Notes: generated by a model not told the origin, from the sequence alone. Positions 1-14,900 are shown, numbered from the whole stretch's first letter. The stretch is DNA of 63,611 nt, filler included, from Octopus bimaculoides (GCF_001194135.2; 5 parts of 5 records of this genome joined end to end with filler, not necessarily neighbours in it); one strand, 5' to 3'. Program-made: numbers and translations.

Positions 1-2109
1 ATATATATATATATAAATGATATACTTCATGAACACAATGAAACCAGCGAACCGTCCGTGAATCTGTGCACATTGAGCAGACAACTTCGTACAGAATTCT
101 GTTAGGAGATCGACTATCAAACCAATAAATCATATTGATAAGATTTTTCTATACACTCTTCGGGGCAGAGTACCATGAACAGACAGTAAAGGAAAATGAA
201 AGCAATGTAGGGTTTAGCCTCCTCTACTTTACATAGCAGAGTTGGCTTTTCCTCTCGACCCGATTCTACATAAAAAATGAACAACCTTATTATTTTTATG
301 TCCGATTCTGTAGGATTTTCATCGACATAATTTTTAGCTACAGTGGTTTTAGCGAGGTCTACATCCTAGTTTGGAGTACTACTGTTAAATTATATTCTTT
401 TTTATGTTTGATCCTAGGCAGTAATATATGGTAATTAATTTCATGTATCTTCTCTAGGCGAAAGGATTTATAAACTTAAGACAGGTAGCTATGAAAACGT
501 TCGTTGAAAAATCTTCTAAGTAATGTTATCAACAATATCAGTCGGCAGTTTACGTATAGGTTTATATAAAGTATGTGAGCGATGAAGAGTTAAGTGGTAG
601 AGAGGCTTAACATGGCCATTAGTTGTACGGACTTCTTCAGCAGAGGTGAAACAGTTCGTGAGTGGGTGGGAACGCTAGGTTCCCGTTCTAGGTGGATTGT
701 TTCGGTAGATATTGAGTTACATATATTCTACTAGCAATCGCCTACGTCAGTCTCAGCAGTGTGGGAAATTCAGAAAAGAGAAAAATTACACGTTCATCAT
801 CCAATAACTTTTTTTGTAAAAGTATATAGAATGTTGTAGCTCTCATTAGCTTTGAACAACGGAATTCCTGATAGGTTGTGCCATGCACAATATAATTGTC
901 CAAATGTATTGTTTAGGTTGTCTTTGGATTAAGAAATCGCAAAATATAAATTGCAGAAAGCCAATAATTGAACTATTCCCGGTCTGAGAATTTCTAAACC
1001 TTAACACAACTGGTATATTAAATACAAACATACTTGGATTCTTGGGATGTTCTAGCACATAAAAATAAGTCCTCTATATTATCGACAATTTAACTATCAT
1101 TCAGGTAATCTAAGAAATCAGATATTTATGCTATGAGACTAAAATTCCATAATTAATAAGAAGAGATTTATTCCGTTGACATGAAGCGGAACCTTTATAT
1201 TTCTTCAAGAGATTATTCTTAAATGCTCCCTGCACAATTGTGAAATTGACGAGATCCTGTCCGCTCCTGTCGTGGTCTAGGAGGTTATTAGATTTATGCC
1301 AGTAATCTGTGATTCAAATTAGTAACTAACTACGGGCTTTCAACATGGAGATAAAAGTGATTGAGGACCCATAAAATTAGCGAATATTCCACATTAATAT
1401 AACATGAAGAATGCTAGTTACCAATGGTCACCCTCCTCCTCGATCTATTCCATACTTACCAATGCATACATCATGTCGATAATTGTGTATACGAAAAGAC
1501 ACTCACATGTGCATTCATTTGTGTGTGTATACACATAAAAGAATATTTGTGAGTGTGCCTTTCCGTGTCTGTGTGCTCGTGTGTTTCTGTTTGGTACATA
1601 TATATATGTTTGTGTATCTGTGTATGTGTGTATGTGTGTGTGTGCATGCGCGTTTATGTATGTGTGTATATGAAGCGTATGTACATAGGCATCCATGCAG
1701 CTTGCAGCAGGTTTGCAGTTATACCATATATTTGTGTGCGATATCGCAATGTACATGTATGAAATCACGTGCATCGTTATGTCTATTGAGGATGAAATTG
1801 ATTTGATGCGTTATGAAGATATTAACTTCCGAATCTAGGCATCTTCAATATTAGGCAATATGTAGTGCCATGAGTTATATTAGCACCACTAGCTTTATGA
1901 CAGCAAAGGAAATGAAAATTGTTCGATAAACAGGACTGAAATATTTTAAAGTGGCCCTGAAGCTTATAGCTGATTTTTACACTTCTTACTGAAGGATATC
2001 AGGATGCATCATACGAATTTCGTAAGATATATGTCTCTAAACACACATTCGCTTCATATAATTACGTGCATATACATGTATGTGTGTGCATTTATATATA
2101 TATATATAA

Positions 2110-2153
<44 letters not shown>

Positions 2154-2176
2154 GCACATATACACATACATATACA

Positions 2177-2214
<38 letters not shown>

Positions 2215-3429
2215 CGTGTAAATGTATGTGTATGTATATATATATATATATGCGGGTATATGTATGTGCATATGTGCATACATATATATAATATATATGT
2301 ACATATACACATACATATACACGCATGTATATATATNNNNNNNNNNNNNNNNNNNNNNNNNNNNNNNNNNNNNNNNNNNNNNNNNNNNNNNNNNNNNNNN
2401 NNNNNNNNNNNNNNNNNNNNNNNNNNNNNNNNNNNNNNNNNNNNNNNNNNNNNNNNNNNNNNNNNNNNNNNNNNNNNNNNNNNNNNNNNNNNNNNNNNNN
2501 NNNNNNNNNNNNNNNNNNNNNNNNNNNNNNNNNNNNNNNNNNNNNNNNNNNNNNNNNNNNNNNNNNNNNNNNNNNNNNNNNNNNNNNNNNNNNNNNNNNN
2601 NNNNNNNNNNNNNNNNNNNNNNNNNNNNNNNNNNNNNNNNNNNNNNNNNNNNNNNNNNNNNNNNNNNNNNNNNNNNNNNNNNNNNNNNNNNNNNNNNNNN
2701 NNNNNNNNNNNNNNNNNNNNNNNNNNNNNNNNNNNNNNNNNNNNNNNNNNNNNNNNNNNNNNNNNNNNNNNNNNNNNNNNNNNNNNNNNNNNNNNNNNNN
2801 NNNNNNNNNNNNNNNNNNNNNNNNNNNNNNNNNNNNNNNNNNNNNNNNNNNNNNNNNNNNNNNNNNNNNNNNNNNNNNNNNNNNNNNNNNNNNNNNNNNN
2901 NNNNNNNNNNNNNNNNNNNNNNNNNNNNNNNNNNNNNNNNNNNNNNNNNNNNNNNNNNNNNNNNNNNNNNNNNNNNNNNNNNNNNNNNNNNNNNNNNNNN
3001 NNNNNNNNNNNNNNNNNNNNNNNNNNNNNNNNNNNNNNNNNNNNNNNNNNNNNNNNNNNNNNNNNNNNNNNNNNNNNNNNNNNNNNNNNNNNNNNNNNNN
3101 NNNNNNNNNNNNNNNNNNNNNNNNNNNNNNNNNNNNNNNNNNNNNNNNNNNNNNNNNNNNNNNNNNNNNNNNNNNNNNNNNNNNNNNNNNNNNNNNNNNN
3201 NNNNNNNNNNNNNNNNNNNNNNNNNNNNNNNNNNNNNNNNNNNNNNNNNNNNNNNNNNNNNNNNNNNNNNNNNNNNNNNNNNNNNNNNNNNNNNNNNNNN
3301 NNNNNNNTATATATATATATATATATATATTTATAACCGAGTGTGTATGTGCGTGTTTGTGTGTATGAATGTATGTATGTATTATTAGGTATGTTAGGCG
3401 TATTGAGTTTTTGCCATGATCTTCATAAT

Positions 3430-4000
3430 CAGCGATACTGTTGAGATTAATGTAGTTAACGTTCCGCTTTAACTACTTCCAGTAGCCGACTGTTATAGAG
3501 ACACAGACCAGGATTTAAGTATTTATAGGGAACCGACAATCTTACGAGAAAGGACCTACCGGTTAGTGTCTTTACCGTGGCGTTTTAAGAAGATGGCTAG
3601 ACGTATTGGTGAAAAGAGGCAGAGAGACATAAGAGTCGAACGTTCCCGTTTGAAGATGCTACAAGACTAATCAATTGCAGCCGGTAATGGGCAGTGTTGT
3701 AGTAGCAGAGCAGGAGTTGGAAACTGCAGTTTTTGTGTGTGAAACATTAGGAATAAATAACCGTGTAGTCTTTCATTAGACTTAATCGAATGCACCGAGC
3801 GTGTTGTAGTGTTAGCGTCCCAGATATGGGTTGCAGTTTAATACTGTCGGTGTCATCTGAGATCTCCTGTGAATCAGAAAACTATGAAGATGTATTTCTC
3901 TAAAGAGAAACACTATCGTTTGAGATGCACACTTAGTATGTTAATGATATGAATTCTCCAGAGCGTTGAGTAGTATTTGGAGCATTTACAAAAGCTTTTG
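3430..4000 (-). mobile_element. Possible highly degenerate CR1/L2-like LINE RT C-terminal remnant
   Basis: Minus-strand translation gives only short motifs, e.g. THIWDA near 3815-3835, resembling the CR1/L2 SHIWxG motif. Many stops and frameshifts. Confidence 0.3.
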
Positions 4001-5178
4001 CACGTTGCCTGTGTTTATTGTGTGCTCTGATACTTTACGTGACCTGCGCAGTGATTATTTTCTTGTTTAATGAGGTAGTGATTGGTTCATTATTATGGAC
4101 TGTTTTATCAGGGACGTTTTCATGAAGCTTGAGGTGACTGAGTGTGAAATGATGTCTAGTTTGCATCTTGACAACGCTTAGGAGATAGTCAGACAGGAAT
4201 GAACTGTGTTTCCTTTTAATAAGCGTTGCGGATCTTCATGCCGCTGCCACCATGCTGGTCATTCATTTATAAAGAAAGAGCTTGGCGGTTATACTATAAC
4301 TAAGAAAGACCATGGTTGATAAACTGTATGTAAATTTACTATATGATATACACATCAATTCCTGATCATGCACTTACCTAATATCCATAAAACGTTATGT
4401 GACATCATTCCATCTTTACAGTCGATAATACTTGTGAAATATGCAATGCTCTCATTGTTTAGCCCTGCCAACAAATAGTAAGGCTAGGCTGCAGCGAGCT
4501 AGAATCTTTGACCTTGAAATTAGTCACATTTAGTGACAAAACCAAACCAAGAACAATTTGTTGTCCGTCTGACTCATTTTCTGTTCCGTCTTTTACTATT
4601 CCCGGTATGATAACGACCATTGACATAGAATTTTAAGCAGATTTATGTCTCCTTCTGCTATAATAGCAGGGATATCAAATAATTTCGATTCAGAGACGAT
4701 TTAGAGAAGCCATTGTAACGTGACGTCAGAGGATTTACTTTATGGCCAGGAGACTTATAGGAAACGTCTATTCGTTTGATACCAACGCTATTACCGTGTC
4801 AGCATCATATGTTGATACCGTGAGTAAAATTGTCATCCAATTTATATCCGGAAAAGCAAGTCGAATTTGAATCAGCTAAGTCAAGATTTCTCAAGCATTA
4901 AATTTTATGTCGCATGTCTGAAGTAGATTTTATATTCGTATTCTATATTTTGTTGCCGACAATAAAAAAAGTAGGTATTTAGTTGAAAATCACTTCTTTT
5001 AGTTCAGTTAGCTAAGCTCAATATACTGAAATACTTCCCAATAGTTCCAAACATTATATTTCTAACAATCAAAGTTTAGCTAAGAGATGAATGAGATATT
5101 CTTTATATGAGATTGAGGAAATTTACACCTCAGTATATAAGATATATATTAAAAAATATTACTAACAAGATAATGCAC

Positions 5179-5286
<108 letters not shown>

Positions 5287-5550
5287 ACATATATATATAT
5301 ATATATATACATATGTATGTATGCATGTATATATATACATACATAGCGATAGTTGTTAGAAATCAATATAGATATGCTTCAGAATAAAGCGTTAGGGTTA
5401 GGCGAGTATAGGGCAAAATATTGATTATTAACTGACAAGGAACAAGAATGATGGGATAAACATCATAAGCTTCCGGCTGTTTCTGCTATAACAAGTAGTG
5501 TATCCCGAGGTGAGTGACTGTGCACCATGTTGTGGCTTCCTGGGAATCAT

Positions 5551-5583
<33 letters not shown>

Positions 5584-6238
5584 GTATGTCTAGAATGTTT
5601 GAAGTAGTGTACAGATATTGAACATTGAAAAAAAAAAAAGAAAGGAGACAGTCAGAATGTTGGATAATCCTTCAGTAGCGCTTTCGTTCGCTTATGAACT
5701 CGTGAAGACAAAATGAAAATCAAAATTGTTAAAACTGAACTTTTCGTTGTTCGTTTATATGAATCGGATTCTTTTTGTTTTGTTTAGAATTGGAGAACAT
5801 TGATTTTGTTGTTTTGGAAAAAGGGCGAGAGAGAGAGAAAGAAAAGCAAATTGGTAGGGGCGAATAGATAGGTAGAGATGTTTCAGGAGGATCCAGAAAA
5901 AGGAGAAAAAGTATTAATACTATAGGATGTGAAAAGGATAGATGGATAAATAAATAGATAGGTAGATAGATGGAGAAACAGAGAGAGGTTTCTTTTCAAT
6001 TTGGTGTTATCAGTTGAATGAAATTTCATTTCGAAGTATTTTCTTTCTTTCTTTTTTGTCCTTTCTTTTTTCATTTTCTATTTTATACCAATCAACATAT
6101 TTGTAAATAAACACATTTCCTCACAAGAGCTGGTGACCATTAACATTGGTTTTGCTTTTTTGGAAAAAAGGAGAGACAGAGAAAGAGAAGCAAAGCGGTG
6201 AAGGAAGGTTAATAATGTGATATTCATCTCTATAAATG

Positions 6239-6275
<37 letters not shown>

Positions 6276-6277
<2 letters not shown>

Positions 6278-6984
6278 ATCTCCTTGCTTTACTCCATTTT
6301 CCACAGCAAAAGATTCAGAGAGCCTACTACCAAAATTAACTCTAGCTTTCATATCTTGATGCAAAGCCCTGATTATGTTTACAAATTTTTCTGGGCAACC
6401 TATTTATCTTAGAAGTAGCCATAGAACATTTCGATTAACAGTATCGAATGCTTTGCTCAAATCAACAAAGCAATGGTATAGAGCAAGATTCTGTTCAATG
6501 CGCTTTTCTTGTAAGTGTCTGACAGTAAAGGTACAATCAGTTGTGCCCCTGGAGAAACGAAAACCACACTGAGACTCAGACACTATATTTGAAACTATAA
6601 AGGTATTTAAACGTTCTAACAAAATGCGGGCAAGTACCTTTCCAACCACAGACAAAAGCGAAATCTCACGAAAATTACAACACAGATACTTTGGCCCCGA
6701 TTTACACGCGCATACATGTTCATATGCCTACTCCTTTTAACCATACACCACGTTGCACCACCGCCACCCATTTCCTGTTCAAACATCCATCCATGCATCC
6801 TTTACTATTAACTGAGACATCACGTGATCTTCCATGAACAATTGCAGCCCATCTGAAAGTAATCATCTTGGACTTCCTGCACCCTGGCCTGACGAAAATT
6901 CCCGTTAGGGGCTTGGAATCTTTAACTAACACAGAATCCGAATCAAAGATTCAGTCTTTTAATTGCAGCAATGCTGGAGCACTT
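6276..6984 (-). mobile_element. RTE-clade LINE reverse transcriptase fragment (pseudogenised)
   Basis: ORF 6404-6655 SVVGKVLARILLERL...ESQCGFR..RGTTDCTFTVRHLQEK..EQNLALYHCFVDLSKAFDTVNRNVLW. It continues past a stop as IGCPEKFVNIIRALHQDMKARVNFG...FAVENGVKQGD, then is cut by (TA)n. Confidence 0.92.
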
Positions 6985-7390
6985 TTGTCGAACAAATCGA
7001 CTCCAAGACTTATTATTTGTAAGTCTAGTACTTATCCTATCAATCTCTTTTGCTCGAAGTGCTAAGTTACGGGGGCATAAACACACCATCGGTTGCGAAG
7101 CGATGGTGTGGGGAGACTAACACAGATATACAAACATATATATATATATANNNNNNNNNNNNNNNNNNNNNNNNNNNNNNNNNNNNNNNNNNNNNNNNNN
7201 NNNNNNNNNNNNNNNNNNNNNNNNNNNNNNNNNNNNNNNNNNNNATATATATACACATATATAGAACGGGCGTCTTTCAGTTTCCGTCAGCCAAATCCAC
7301 TCATAAGGCTTTAATTAGCCCCTAGCTATAGTAGAAGACAACTTCCCAAGGTACCACGTAGTGCAACGGAACTGTGTGGTTGGGAAGCGA
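6985..7390 (-). mobile_element. tRNA-derived SINE, family A (CORE-like), with internal microsatellite and gap
   Basis: Reverse-complement match along its length to the intact copy at 51669-52078 (cttcccaacca, ccttggg..gtcttctactata, ggaaactgaaagacgcccg, gcttacaaa...gtcgatt). Confidence 0.8.
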
Positions 7391-8373
7391 CCTCGGAACC
7401 CAATTGGTTAATGGTTTCGACGGTATGGATGGTCATGTGTTGGCGTGCATTGTCATGCAACAACAAAACGTTCTTCGACAATAGGCTTCGGCGTTTGTTG
7501 CGAGTTGCTCTCCTCAGTTTGTTGGACAGCAAAGCACTGTAGCTTGCATTCTTGATCTTACACCCCTTCTGCAGGTAACGTACCAGTATAAGCTCTTTTG
7601 AGTTCCCAAAAGAGGTTTAGTATCACCTCTCCCGCGGAAAACTGTGTTGAATTTCTTCGTCGATGTCGAGTAAGGATGTTTCCACTCCATACCCTGTCTT
7701 TTGGATTCTGCCTCATAATGATGGACCCACGTTTCATTTCTTGTGACTATTCTGCTCAAACATTCTTCACCCTCATTATTATAGCAATCGAGTAAACGTT
7801 GATAGACCTCAAGAAGTTTGCGCTTGTACCCCGCAGCAAGCTCTCTTGGCGCCTGTGTTTCACAGTCTTTATGAAGCCGAGCTCATCGTGGATGATTTGA
7901 GAGGCAGAACGATGACTAATCTGCAGAGAACGAGCTACCTCATCGATGATAACTCGCCGGTCTACCATTACTATCTCTCGAGCTTGTTGAATCTTCTCGT
8001 CAGTGGTGGAGGTTGACGGGCGTCATGCTTGCCCAGTCACTTTTAAACTCCTCGATCCACCCATACACATTTCTACGCGGTAGTGCACTGTCCCCGTATT
8101 TTGCTAAAAGCCTCCGATGACTTTCAGTACCTGACACACCTTCCAACCAGAGAAATCGGATCACTGCTCTTTGTTATTCTTTAGTGCATATTGCTAGTGG
8201 AGCGGATGTGCTTACGCTATAAAGCCAGAAAGAAAAATGGAGCAATCAGGCGCAAGCATCGATCAAGTGACCACATTAGTACCACCTATAAGCATGCATG
8301 CGCAGAAGGAAGTGTATCAATAACAAAAATATGTTATGGCGAAAGTGTGGAAAATGTTTGACTTCCCCTCGTA
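7391..8373 (-). mobile_element. Mariner DNA transposon, near full length, 3'-truncated, pseudogenised transposase
   Basis: 5' end TA-CGAGGGGAAGTCAAA is a mariner-type TIR start at 8373. Translated blocks: QRAVIRFLWLEG..HRRLLAKYG; VMVDRRVIIDEVARSLQISH; RIVTRNETWVHHYEAESKRQGMEWKH; VLLLHDNARQH. Confidence 0.92.
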
Positions 8374-9802
8374 TATATAGTATATGCATTTCGAAGTATA
8401 CGACAATAGCATCTATATATAAACCGTGAGGCCAAACGCTACGTATTTCGGGAATAGCATCTCTCTCTTCAACTAGGTAAGAATTTTAGTATTGTAATGC
8501 GTGCAAAATACACACACACAAGCTGTATCATAGAGACGAAGATATACCTGTCAAATTGTCCAGAAGTCTGCCTGCTGACATCATCATACATAAGGCAATT
8601 AATGAATTCAAAATTCTAGTTTCATATAATAAGGAAGAATATTTACTACTTGCGTGGTATTAATACACTTGAGAAAGACATGTAGGTCATAGCATATTTA
8701 TGTTTTCTTTCAGAATTTCTTCCAATGTTCCGACTAAATATAAACATATAAACGTTACACGAAAAGCAATAATACACAGATTCGTGTAATGCCAACATTG
8801 TCGTGTTTAAACTGGAGAACACATACATAGTGACACAGAGGTATTAAGAGTCACGCATTCATGATGATATGTAGAAAAGTAGATGCACATATATAAACAT
8901 CGCAGACATACATGTGTAAATACTCACACATGCTTCTAACTTTAAATACATACACAGAATAGACATAGATAAATGCACACTTACACACATTAAAATGTGT
9001 GCTTGTATGTATATTCATATTCATATGTATCCGGAGATATGAACAAATAGTCACAATCACTGATGTACTTACATATACAAATATTTGCATCAACAGATGT
9101 AAGGCAATTGTAAACATCGACAATACCTCAAATAACATGATACACACAAGACAGTTAATATAAGAATCCAATCAGAGAAGCCTAACAGCAAGTACATATA
9201 CACGCATACGCTTGCAGAAGAAGATATTTACTTGCCCGAAATGATTTCTTCATGATCTATCTACTTTCTTGCTATATTGAAAACAAAGCTAATTTGTTTT
9301 AATACTCAAAGGGAAAATATATTTATAAATCTTTACAATTCTTAGCTGCAATTTCACTTCCAACTGTTTTGATGTTCTCTGACACGAAGGTAGTTGCAAA
9401 AACGTTTGAACCAGACTCGAACTAAGAAATAGTGAAAGCACACTTTCTTAGAGAGGGTTTCGTGAAAACACTCTTTCTTACAGAGGGTTTAAATTAACTG
9501 ACAAATACAAAAAGAAAAAAAAAAATTAATCGCAACTGTGTGCCTCGTATTAACTGAACTGTATATTGTAAATATGTTGCAGTGCTGTAGTGAAAGGTCA
9601 GAAAGGTCATATTGTTAGGATGCTGTACAACTAAACTAAATGTCTTGCGTTCGTATTATTTAACCAGGTTAACACTGCCTTTGCAGTTGTCTTTAAATAT
9701 AATACCATTTAAGGTCAATGAATTGACATTTGCTCTCTGCCGATACGTTATTTATTCGACCCTGGAAGGATGAAAGGTAACGTTGATTACGGATCATAAA
9801 AA

Positions 9803-10196
9803 TATGCCCATGTTTCATTGCCTGTCTCAATATTGGTTTCAACTGCTTCCAGAAGATCGGAGCACGATTCCATACATTTTTCTTTCAAATTAGGCGTCAA
9901 TTACAGAAGTACTTTGTAGTCACTTTCTGATACCTAATGTTCCCCACCGTATTTAGTGATGTATTGTGGCTGCAGTCCAACAAAATGATGGATTGTGACT
10001 TGACTGTACGCCCGAAGTTTTTCCTTCACTCTCTGCTGATCTGTACCAGTCGCAAAGGATAGCTTCTAACTGCGCGATTTGTCACCAATACTCTTTTTTA
10101 AGCTTTATCCGTTTGTGTAGATGGTTCTTGTCAATCTTGCAATCAACTTTTTGTCAAGAACTCAACGACGACACATTGCTTCTGCTTGGAACCCAT
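9803..10196 (-). mobile_element. Second, more decayed mariner transposase remnant
   Basis: Minus strand: MGSKQKQCVVVEFLTK..HLHKRIK (N-terminal helix-turn-helix region) and IETGNETWAY (ITGDETW catalytic motif). Internally deleted. Confidence 0.7.
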
Positions 10197-11797
10197 TATT
10201 TGCTTGCGAGGAGGAAGAATGGAAGAAGAGGTGTGTTACTATGGGGGAAGAGTCATTTCCCCAATACTTGCAATTTAAACGACCTATGCCAGAATAAAAG
10301 CTTATTTCTACTTTTCATTACTTTAGAGTCAATACTCATAATTTGTGCAACGCTCTAAGCATAGAAACGATGCACCACCTTCTGACTTTTAGAAAAGAAC
10401 GATATTCTGAAAGCTTAACATTTTAGCCGATTGTATCTTTTCTGTTGACTTTTGCATAATTATTATTAAAACACAGCACAATATAAGTAGCTTGTACATA
10501 CCTACCTAATACATAAATAATAGTTTACAGTGCTGATTTCAGTCCTTACTTTATTCTCTTAAGCACACGCCATCAATGAAGAAAAACAACGAAACAATGT
10601 GGAATGAAAAAATGGTCCAATTTACGACACTTACAAAATCACAAAATAGATAAACAAATGGACTAAGTACACACTTTTCATGTAATCGGGTGTATTGCCG
10701 TTGATTTTATTTACCTTGTGTATCTCAAAACTTAGCAAACATGATTAATAGGTATTTTTACCCTCAGCATTCCCTTCATTTCCAGAAACAATAATCTTCT
10801 AGCCATCAGTGTTTCTGTGCAAACGGTCTTCTGAGAGAAAACATGTTCAACAATAACGTTTTCTCTGCGACAATAAGTCACTCCAAGCGCCAAGTTCCAC
10901 TCCATCCATGAAATAAGAAAGATCATAAAAAGAAAGAACTACAAGATTCGTAGGATATTTAACTCCCTCTAATAGGAAGCTTTATTTCGTCAGTCTACAC
11001 TTTGTCTTAAGACCAATGCATTAGTGACAGTCCCGTCGAAGCAAAGATACCGAACACAATTGTAAATTGTTGCTCGCATTTGGGATCATGATAAGCAAAC
11101 ATTTACATTTATCGAACACGTACATATACCCACATGCACTCAGACCTAAATAAATTGCGTATAAATAACGTTGGTTATGTATTTACTTTAAATTATACAA
11201 CTTATGCAATTTCGAGACGGATAAATTACTAGGAAGATAATCATCGTTGAAATGTATACGGGGGTTACAATTTCCTTAGTTTGAATGCGAAATCTGAATC
11301 TAATATAACCTGGATTTTCCAGAGGAAGCTTAAAGGCACAATTGTTAATATTGTCCATTAAAACTTCTAACGGTTAAACGCTTATACTGAGTTACTTGCT
11401 TCAAAAGTGTGTGTGTATGTATGTATCTATGTATGTGTGTGTGTATATATATATATATGTATGGAAGTATATATGTATGAATATATGTATTTATTACATT
11501 TATTGTATATATTATATATACATTTATTTGTTCAAATACATAACGTTATCTTTAATGTCGAAGGATCGAGGCGTTGATGTGATATATCAATGTAGAATAA
11601 CATAGAATATTTTCGATATACACGTATTAAACGGTATTTCAGGACGTTCTCAAATAGTTTTTGAGAAATTTAACGAATATATAATAGACAGTAGTAACAT
11701 ATATTTCAATATCTCTTTACAACGATTTTCTGTAAAGTCGAACGAGACAAGTTTGTTATTACAGTTCAATATATAAGTTTTTCTTCTTGTTCTCTAA

Positions 11798-11975
11798 GAC
11801 GGTGAGCTGGCTGAGTCGGTGAGTATTTCAACCATCTTTATGTTCATACCATGCGGCTTTTCAACCGCCTTTACGTTCGGATTCTGCCAAGGCTCGGTTT
11901 GCCTTTCTGGGTCGATAAAATAAGTACCAGTTAAGTACTGGCGAGATGATGAAGTCGAATTACCTCTCCTGGTCC
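11798..11975 (+). mobile_element. tRNA-derived SINE, family B (Deu/Nin-like central domain), diverged
   Basis: ggtgagctggc head followed by tttgcctttc..gggtcgataaaataagtaccagttaagtactgg, matching 52546-52700. Confidence 0.65.
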
Positions 11976-14900
11976 TGCACTAAAATTTGAAATGAATATA
12001 TTAACATTTTTTTTATATTGCTGGGACCACATCGCTTGCAAGTAATAGGCAACTCTAATTGAATTAAAAGTTTAAACCTATTACGATCAGATTTCAATTT
12101 AAAATAATATCCACAATCCCATTTACGTGCCCATATAACGTTCACAAGTACAGGCTCATCCACACCCAATGTTGAAGTCTCCAGTATTGATAGGGAATAA
12201 AACTATAAAGCTATGTTGTTGTGGTTGAACAAAATGAATAGTAAAATAGGGAGCAACAACATCGCATACAGAACCTATAAAATTATATCTACTACCGAAT
12301 TAAATACAAATATTACAACCCCCACTACGTCTTAAATACACAAATTATTCCTTTACTAGTGGTGTGCGGAGAAATATCAGAGGGAATTTCCTGACATACT
12401 CTTTTAAAATTTGTTGAACGATCTTCAGAGGAAACTTAATCGGTTCGCTAATCCACAATATAAAACAGCTTGGAATTAGGCTAGCATCGATGTAGATTGC
12501 GTGTTTGCAAACTTGTACTTTTGACGCTTCATCGTTAGCTAACCAATGTCTATGTATAATCTGTAAATCAGGAACAGCAGAAATCAGTTTGAAAATTACA
12601 AAAATCAATTTGTGTATAAATAACCCAATAATTCTATTGTATTCAACCTTCAGTTTGGCTTTATTTTAAATTCATTATTGGTCGAAAGAGTTACATTTCA
12701 AGCATATATCATATCATAATCGAAGCAAATGTACAGAGAGTTTCTTAAATTATGGGTTATTTGTCAATAAAATATGAAAAGAAATAGGTTTCAAAGAAGG
12801 ATAACACACCAGCACCCAATAAATGATTTCGGCTTTAAAGTAGCCATATCCCGTTTCTTCCCTTTCCTGAAACACATTACAAGTTATTTCCTTTCCTGAA
12901 GCACATTACATCATATTCCTTTTCATATAAAATGTTAACCCCTAAATTGACAACTAGTACGTGTGCACTCATATTCAACTCCCATTTATTCTGCAAAAGT
13001 TTACCGTACTTATAACGGGTTTTGGTGTAAGTGATTGTATAGTATATCGTGCAGTTGTGCCTTTTTGATCAGCACGTGCAAAGTAGTTTGAAGTTGTTTT
13101 ATATTATATAGAATACTGAACATTATAGCGGTCTTCCGAAAGAAATATTGAGTTACAAAATGAAATTAAAAGACAAATGACCGATCAAATCTCCCTATAA
13201 GGCAACTATTAGTGAAGATTGATTCTTAAAATTTGGGTTAGAAACTGCATTTGAAATCAACGACCAGTTTAATGAGGCGATATATATATCATGAGATAAA
13301 TAAAAGTAGTTGAATCATTAGACGACACCCGTTTCTTAAGAAATAAATAATGTATTCGAACATAAAAAGAAATTTGAAACAGAACGTTGCAAATCGCAGT
13401 AAAACCTAAATTGAAAATTCATATTCCATACTAACAGAAATACTTCGTATGTGAAGGAAACTTTGTACCTAAGCGATATAATAGATAAAGGTACAGTTAA
13501 TCATTTGTTAATCTCTTTCAGAATATTTAGCTTTATGAATTTTTCTTTTAAATTTCTTTTGAACACTTCTAAGGAACCAGAACTAACGCACTATATAATA
13601 GTTCTCACAAATCTACAACTTCTTCGTAAAATATTTCCTACTTTCATAATTTCGTACCAAATATTATTTTCAAATATAAATATATCGAATATATAGATGT
13701 AAGTGCTATTTTATCTGGCCGATTTTTCTATCTCGAAGTGCCAATATGCGCTAAACATGGATTAAGTATATATCATTTAACATTTGATTCAAAATCTGAA
13801 GCAAGACATTCAAAGAGTTTAACCGTCATACAACATCTGATAAAGCGGTAAGGTGAAAACTGGAACCCTTTTGATCATACATTTGTTCGTCAGAACTGAT
13901 GAGCTGCCGTGTGTAAAGAGGTGTCTAGGAAAGTGTGCTTTGTTAATTTTCGTGCTTTGTTAATTTTCACAGTAAACAGTGTAAATAAGTTGACTCTAAA
14001 TGATAACAAAAATATAAGTGTGAGAATGAAAGCTCACTGCAATAAGTTAAACAGTACAAAATAATATGAAATATTGATTGCATCTATAATACAACAAAAA
14101 ATGGCCGTACTGCCTATCATACTAAAGCTACTTTTCAAAATGCAATGTCGATTTTTAATAATTTTATAGAACATAAAGTATTTCATATACAAATTTTTTC
14201 AAATATTGGCACAATTTTAGGAGAATGTAGTAGATTATATCTGTTCTGGTACGTGTCTGGTACTTTATACTATCAACCAGAATAAGTCGAAAGGCAAAGT
14301 TGATCTCGGTGGGACATACGATCGGCATGTAACAAACTGGAAGTTGGAAAGGAACATATTACCATAATTCCTTGAAAATCATAATGACAATGGAGAAACT
14401 TTCTTCAATAGATTTTGTGTCGGTTCATCTCATTGTTTTGATATTTGAAGTGAACTCATCTTATTCAGAGCAAATGGGTCATTTCGCAGCCTATAAACCT
14501 TCATCTGTTTTTGTTATCCCTCTTTTTCGTAGGCAATACCCGTATACACACACACACACACACACATACACACGAACGCGCGTATACGCACACACAGACA
14601 CACACACAAAGACACACACTCTACACACACAGAAACACACGCGCACACACACACATCTATCTATGTATGTGTGTATGTATGTATGTATGTATCTATCCAT
14701 CTATCTGTCTCTCCCTCTATGTGTGTATGCAAAAATGTATACACATAGATACACGTAACACACATACTCATACATACATATATACACACACACACACAAT
14801 ACATTCATACATACATACATACATACATACATACATACATACATACATACATGCAAAAGTCTTACTCGGCTCTTGTGTTAATTCCGCGTATATATGAGCA

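Noticed and set aside
480-1100. Possible ancient Penelope remnant (NCRKP, gaaacagttcgtgag)
   Set aside because: Motif matches are too short and frames too broken to support a call by eye; a translated HMM search would decide.
1445-2326. C/V/Y/I- or H/T-rich ORFs here and throughout
   Set aside because: These are translations of (TG)n/(TA)n/(CATA)n repeats.
2152-3388. Long ORFs containing X runs (here and at 15.5, 17.1, 33.1, 34.7, 37.7, 45.2 and 57.6 kb, among others)
   Set aside because: Length comes from N gaps with no stops; the flanks are microsatellites.
10732-10926. 64-aa minus-strand ORF with possible ag/gt boundaries
   Set aside because: Weak donor and no recognisable homology.
12345-12608. 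87-aa non-repetitive minus-strand ORF with acceptor-like gatttacag
   Set aside because: No recognisable domain or partner exon; length is compatible with chance.
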